This document shows positions 57,991 through 64,000 of a stretch of 64,000 nucleotides of DNA, piece after piece. The notes below the pieces were generated by a model. It did not search any database. It was not told the DNA's origin and saw nothing but the letters and a program-made list of their open reading frames with translations. Source of the DNA: Macrostomum lignano. Lineage: Eukaryota. Numbering within the stretch: the stretch's first letter is position 1; the number at the start of each line of letters is the position of its first letter. The position numbers and the translations under genes are program-made. The DNA lies in assembly GCA_002269645.1 (NCBI GenBank), contig NIVC01000511.1, positions 1 to 64,000 on the forward strand. Reading direction: 5' to 3'.

Positions 57991-58882
57991 ATCTGAGTAG
58001 GCATTGGGAAGAGCGGAGGGCGAAGACTGGATGGATTGAAGCTTCCGCCCGGTTTTCATCGTTTTTTCAAGCATTTTTAATGTCAAAATCGTTGGCCAGG
58101 TGATAGAGGCTGGTCGAAAGACACTGCTCACTGGGGCAAAGGGTGGCGACTTTTCAACGTTGCTGAGTATATTTAGTCAACTGTCCCATGTTGCCTGATC
58201 AAGATCAAGTACTATATGCATCCCTATAAGTAGCATATCAGTAATGTAGATTTCTGCAATGCATCAATTTAATTTATTTTTATTATTCAGCCCACTGAAA
58301 AGCTGGATCGATATGAATCCTGCAATACTATTGCTTATAAAATGCAATACAGTCTTACTAGATAGCCAACAAACTTATTGCTGGGAGTTGATAAACTCAA
58401 AATATAGTTGATCAGACGGCCTCATGCCCTGCGCACATCCGCCACGGTGAGTTTCCGTCTAACTTTAATATAGGAGTCCGGATTGACCAGCCAAGCCAGC
58501 TGCACAGAGGCCAGTATGATCTTCAGGTGCAGGTTAGTCAGCAAGCAGATCCGCTGCTGCCCGTAGTTCAGGCTGCTGTTCTGCTGACTCCAGTGGACGC
58601 TGAAGCCCAGCCCGACAAGCAGTGCGGTGACAGACACTGAGGCGAAGACAATTAAAGCTATCAGGGCTGCTCCGAGTGACATAGTTCCAGTATTTTTAGA
58701 ATATTTTCTTATTAACTTTGTTCAAAAGGCAATAATCCATCGAAAGCAAGGATTGCTAATCTCGGGGAACGCTGTCTGTGGCCAAGGCTCTGGGTTTTCC
58801 TACAGAACTATTGCTATTCATATTGTAGAGTAGCTCTTTCCTGAACCCTGTGACGGGCGCCTTTCACAAGCGCAGAACTTCA

Positions 58883-59195
58883 CAATAATAATAATTGATT
58901 ACACCTGCCCCAATTGGGCCAGGTGTGCAACCGGCAGCTCAGCCGCAGCTATTGCGCGGCGAATCTGAAGGCTGCGTACGGCTGTTCAGTCCAAGGACTG
59001 GGAGGGGGAGGGTCGCCAAACACAACCCTCAATTACCCCAGCTAATGCTGGCACCCATTTTACAGCTGGGTGAACTGAAGCAATGCAGAGTTAAGTGTCT
59101 TGCCCAAGGACACAAATTGTTCCAGTAGGATCGGGAATCGAACACCCGACCTTCAAGTCGAGAGTCCGACGCTCTAACCACTAGGCTACAACCCC
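58883..59195 (-). mobile_element. tRNA-derived CORE-type SINE
   Basis: Head GGGGTTGTAGCCTAGTGGTTAGAGCG...GTTCGATTCCCG (A/B boxes); central GTGTCCTTGGGCAAGACACTTAAC...CTTCAGTTCACCCAGCTGTAAAATGGGT resembles the MIR/CORE consensus; (ATT)n tail; possible 5-bp TSD CTTCA. Confidence 0.8.
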
Positions 59196-59209
59196 CTTCA
59201 AATTTAAGC

Positions 59210-59612
59210 TCGAATGACGAAGCTTTAAAGCTTGAAACTTCACAAACTCGAAAATTCACAAGCTCAAAGCTTTAAAGCTTGAAACTTCACAAGCTCGAAG
59301 CTTTAAAGCGTGAAACTTCACAAACTCGAAAATTCACAAGCTCAAAGCTTTAAAGCTTGAAACTTCACAAGCTCGAACCTTTAAAGCTTGAAACTTCGCA
59401 AACTCGAAACTTCACAAGCTCGAAGCTTTAAAGCTTGAAACTTCACAAACTCGAAAATTCACAAGCTCAAAGCTTTAAAGCTTGAAACTTCACAAGCTCG
59501 AAGCTTTAAAGCTTGAAAATTCACAAGCTCGAAGCTTCAAAGCTGAAACTTCCCAAGCTCGAAAATTCACAAGCTCGAAGCTTTAAAGCTTGAAACTTCA
59601 CAAGCTCGAAGC
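59210..59612. repeat. Minisatellite (AAACTTCACAAGCTCGAAGCTTTAAAGCTTG)
   Basis: Reverse-complement relative of the 24570-25035 array. Confidence 0.9.
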
Positions 59613-60230
59613 ATTTGCGGTTATTTTCAGGATCAGGATGCCGCAAGCGGCCCAACGCAGCGCATTGCCGTTAGCTAAAAAATTAAACTAATTCGAGCTC
59701 GTGAAGTGTCGTGACCCAGGAAGAGGCAAAAAAATTGCAACGCAACATTCAAACACAGCAGAAGACTCAGTTTGCTACCATTAGATTTTTATTTACTATT
59801 TAATGATCCAGTGTTTATTATTAAAATCGCGACAATACTGTACTATATTCAAAGAGTAAAACAAAGACAGATTTGAATATCGCAGAATTAAAATGATTAA
59901 TTTTCAGGTCCAATTACCACAAAAGCCTGTCTATAACAAAGGAAAATGAATGTAATGAGGAATATTCTGAATAGATATGGGATGCCGCACATTATAGTTT
60001 AATCATCCGAGATCAAAGAATACAAAAAGAGAAGACTCAAAGTTGATAAAATTTTAGCTTATCAGACAGTCTTAAAACAGGGCAGGTGATCAAAATCTCT
60101 AAGACAACAGAGCAGGCGGAACTTCTCGAGTATTCTAGGAATTATTTTATTGAGTCGGGCGTTTACAAAAAACTCTACCAGCTTTTGTCATGCGCACAGA
60201 ATTTACAGTTTCACCCTGCCAATCAGGACT

Positions 60231-63062
60231 TCAAATCGTGTCGGCCGGCTTCTCCGGCAGCAGCAGTTGCTGCTTTTTCCCAATCAGAATGTCGCCAGAC
60301 TGAATGGACGGCGGCGGCTGCTGTGGAAATTTTCAAGTTTGGGATAATGCTTGTTGAATTATGATGTTTTTATGTTTAACTGACTTGTCTCTCTAGCTGA
60401 TCACAAAAAAATCACAAAATGGCACAGATCAGATCCAAAATGGCACAGATCAGATCCAAAATGGCACAGATCAGATCTAAAATGGCACAGATCAGATCCA
60501 AAATGGCACAGATCAGATCCAAAATGGCACAGATCAGATCTAAAATGGCACAGATCAGATCCAAAATGGCACAGATCAGATCTAAAATGGCACAGATCAG
60601 ACCCAAAATGGCACAGATCAGATCCAAAATGGCACAGATCAGATCTAAAATGGCACAGATCAGATCCAAAATGGCACAGATCAGATCTAAAATGGCACAG
60701 ATCAGATCCAAAATGGCACAGATCAGATCCAAAATGGCACAGATCAGATCCAAAATGGCACAGATCAGATCCAAAATGGCACAGATCAGATCTAAAATGG
60801 CACAAATCAGATCCAAAATGGCACAGATCAGACCCAAAATGGCACAGATCAGATCTAAAATGGCACAGATCAGATCTAAAATGGCACAGATCAGATCCAA
60901 AATGGCACAGATCATCCAGAATGGGACAGCCTATTACGAAGAACCTTCAGGATCTTCAAGCCCAACACGCCATGCCGCCTCACCCGCTTGACGATGGCGC
61001 TGCGCAGCACGCGAATCTGGCGCTGATTGGTTGAGCGGGCCAGGCTGCAGCAGAGGCACAGCAGGCCAATCAGCGAAGCAATCAGGATGCCGCAGGCGGC
61101 CCAACGCAGCGCCACGCGGGTCCTATGGGACAGGTGCCTGTAGCGAAGAATCGAAGAGTGCGGATGATCGAACCAGTAGCTGGCAAACGGAGACCTGCGA
61201 TGCGAGTCCGCCTGCACGGCGACCTGGCGAGGACCGCCGCCCGTCAGCCGGGCGAGTCGAAGTGGAATGGCGCGCTCGGCCAGCTCAACCAGGTAGCGAG
61301 GCCGCCCGTCTGGCCCGGCCGGCATTGGGCGGATGTGGATTCGTACCGCGTGTAACCAGACGCTGCCCACTGCGGCCTGCGGGCCACGGGTTGTAGTACA
61401 GGATGGGGCACAGATTGCAGTACAGGATTGGGCACAGATTGCAGTACAGGGTGGGGCACAGATTGCAGTACAGGATGGGGCACAGATTGCAGTACAGGGT
61501 GGGGCACAGATTGCAGTACAGTCCTACCTGCTGCTGCTGCATTGGCCACGCCCGATCGAAGAGCCGCCAGTGCCGAGGCGAAGGCGAGTGCACAATGGGG
61601 GGCCTGGCAAGCCCCATCAGCACAGCCAGCTTGGCCGAGTGGCCATCCAGGTGGCGCTGGCGGAAGACATGGTCCTGCTGTGCACAACCAGCAGCGCAGG
61701 CCTCAGTTTTAGCATCAGAGCTGCCCCCGCTAGTGCAGGACTTGGCACAGAGGCTGGCAGTCTCGGTCCGGGCCACAATGGGATCATGTGCTAAGAAGAT
61801 CATGCCATATAGTCTGCAGCCTCGCATACAGGACTGAGTGAAGTGAAGAGAAACAAAGAGAATTCATGTATTTTTAGGCGAAATAAACATTGCTTTTTTA
61901 ATAGTATTTCTCTAAAGCTTTTAGCAAACAGCTTTTAATTAGGACTAAATGTGGCTATCAACTAAAAAAGTTGAACTAGTATAAATTTATTGAATTTTTA
62001 AAGTTATAATACAAGTCAAATGTCAATTTAAAATTCTAGTATTTTGGAAAGAATACTTATGACTTTTTATGAATGTTCAAATATAATTATAGCTCTAGCA
62101 TATGACAATAGCAATAAAATGAGTACTATAATAGCTATAGATATACCAGATATGATTTGAGAGATAATAACAGAAATCAATAAAAAGGAATAGGTACAAG
62201 TAATTTTTTAATGATAATAATAAGTGCAAAATTAATAAATTTGCTTTATTTCATAGTCAATAGTAAAGATAAAAATAAAAATGCTTAAACATACTATAAA
62301 TAGTCTATTAAATTAAACATTATAATCATATATAAATTTTGTATGACAATATTATATTTATTTTATTTATTTTAAATTCTAACTTTTTATCTAAAACATC
62401 CAATTTTGATAAAAACTTTGTTAACCAAAACATCTAATTGCCTGCCTTTTTGGTTTTATATAGTTTTGATAAGTTAGAATATAATAATAGCCCATAGTTA
62501 GTGTTCAAGTAATGCAAAGATTGTCCCTATATTCTATAAAATTTATTCTAGTACACAAAAGTGCCACCTTCCTGACTATGGCCTTACTAGGAACTATATG
62601 AGCTACACATATAAACAACTGCTCCATATATTTGAGGCTATGACTGATTTACTAAGTCATTGTGATTGACAAATATATTGATTTAGAAAGAAGTCATAGT
62701 TTTGCCATTGACTATGCCATAAGCCTTAGGCTTAGGAGTCTAGGACCCCATTAAATTATAGAAGAACACAAGTTTTATTTATATCTAAATTACTTCCATG
62801 ACTGCTAAATTAGTTTCTATTTAAATATTCATGAGTACAATCATGGATGATTGTAGTCAATGGATGATCGCAATTATTTTTATTCAACGATTTATACAAA
62901 AGACGAAATTTAAATGATTCCTAAACTTACCGAGCGCAATTCAGAAGTATGGAACTTCGAAATACAAGACTTGCAGCACATTTCATGTTCGTTTTCAACT
63001 GCAGCAGAAAATCTGGTAATCACCATAAGCAGTACAATTGTCACACAACTGTACAATTGCAT
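60231..63062 (-). CDS. TMEM59: TMEM59/BSMAP-like type I membrane protein (exons 62931-63062, 61528-61833, 60984-61376, 60231-60320; 306 aa)
   Basis: Signal peptide, CCKSC, SCMRGCRLY...LCAKSC...EACAAGCAQQ (TMEM59 C.RGCRL..C...C..AC..GC pattern), TM ALRWAACGILIASLIGLLCLCC, tail LLLPEKPADTI*. All phase-0 GT-AG introns. The last exon is tentative. Confidence 0.75.
60410..60910. repeat. 21-bp minisatellite (AAAATGGCACAGATCAGATCC) in TMEM59 intron 3
   Basis: Visible array, ~24 copies. Confidence 0.95.
61385..61520. repeat. 24-bp repeat (GGGGCACAGATTGCAGTACAGGAT) filling TMEM59 intron 2
   Basis: Five to six copies between donor CAG|GTAGGA and acceptor CCGCAG|GCC. Confidence 0.9.
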
Positions 63063-63498
63063 CGTGCGTATTTTTCGTTTAATAAACGAAACAATAAATA
63101 AAAAGAAATTACTATTCTTTAAAGAATAATTCTTTACAGCTTTATTACAAACAAAAGCAACAAATTTCCAAGCCTGTAAACTTACTTGCACTTTTTAAAA
63201 TAAGCTCTTTTAAATACAATTCATAAAATGCACTTAAAAGATATTACGCCTTATACAGAAGTCATAAATTGGTATCTTAGTTGGCATTTAAATATAAATT
63301 ATTATTTAAGAAAGGAATATTCTTTTCACAGGTTTTTACCCTCAAATATACTGGTAGCCTGCATACATTGTTTAAACTATAAGTCGTTTTAGAACGGAAA
63401 TAAACTGAATTTAGAATACGATACTATAGTCAATAATATTATATATTATGCTTTATGCCTTCTGCGTACGAAAATTCTCCATTGTAATGCTTTCCCAT

Positions 63499-63501
<3 letters not shown>

Positions 63502-63557
<56 letters not shown>
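63502..63557. repeat. (TATC)14 microsatellite
   Basis: Directly abuts the mariner TIR. Confidence 0.95.
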
Positions 63558-63559
<2 letters not shown>

Positions 63560-64000
63560 GGGCTGTTAGGAAAGTTCTGTCCTTTTTGGGTGTAATAGGT
63601 TCGAGCGAGTTTTCATAGGAATGCAGCAATGTTACTCAGTAAAATAATTGCCATCACAATCGATGACCCTCTGCCAACGAGAGGGTAGACTTTCGATGCC
63701 AGCTCTGTAGAAGTCCTTGGGCTGTGATGCAAACAAGTTTAGCGATGCAGTCCTTGACCCCTTTGTCATCTTCAAACGTTTTTTCCTTTAGATGATGGTG
63801 CAGCGCTCCTCGCTCGAAACAGATGGTAGTCTGTATAGGGGCCAGGTCGGGGCTGTATGGTGGGTGGGGCAGCACTTCCCAGCCCATATCTAGCAGATTT
63901 TGCCGGGTCAAATTAGCGGTGTGCGGCCGAGCGTTATCGAAGGAAGCGAACATGCTGACATCCTGGACGCTGTGTGCGAAGGCAGTCGGCCACAATTCTG
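63558..64000 (-). mobile_element. Mariner transposon 3' part (runs off window), degraded
   Basis: DNARPHT...WEVLPHPPYSPDLAP and C-terminal FASQPKDFYRAGIESLPSRWQRVIDCDGNYFTE* (stop 63632-34); TIR-like TTGGGCTGTTAGGAAAGTTCTGTCC. Frameshifts present. Confidence 0.9.

Noticed and set aside
59110-59195. tRNA gene
   Set aside because: Anticodon and acceptor stems are mispaired and it continues into a CORE domain and tail, so it is a SINE head.
60912-60983. TMEM59 ending at the unspliced stop 60912
   Set aside because: A good donor (CGG|GTGAGG) and a phase-matched downstream exon give a more TMEM59-like tail; not proven without cDNA.

Overview
Eukaryotic (animal) genomic DNA. GC-rich exons, short GT-AG introns stuffed with unrelated minisatellites and the transposon content resemble a free-living flatworm such as Macrostomum (inference only). 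Host genes: a partial, divergent acid ceramidase copy (622-2057), U2 snRNP A' (3298-4811), an ADF/cofilin (6233-7180), a complete acid ceramidase (9586-12876), a very short multiplexin (collagen XV/XVIII-like, endostatin domain; 22111-29043), an RZ-type RGS protein (minus, 30873-40453) and a TMEM59-like protein (minus, 60231-63062). Mobile DNA: a 6.4-kb CACTA/EnSpm element with TIRs and TA TSD whose second ORF starts with a CIDE-N-like domain; a ~1-kb non-autonomous P-like element (perfect 27-bp TIRs, 8-bp TSD) encoding only THAP + coiled coil, like the Drosophila KP repressor; nested in it, a full-length 9.07-kb Gypsy element whose LTRs each carry an embedded second tRNA-Leu PBS with hypervariable termini; plus Crypton-like, mariner, LINE and SINE fragments. 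Most frameshifts are 1-nt indels in homopolymer runs, so several apparently broken ORFs may be intact and mis-assembled. All protein family calls are from motif recognition, not database searches.
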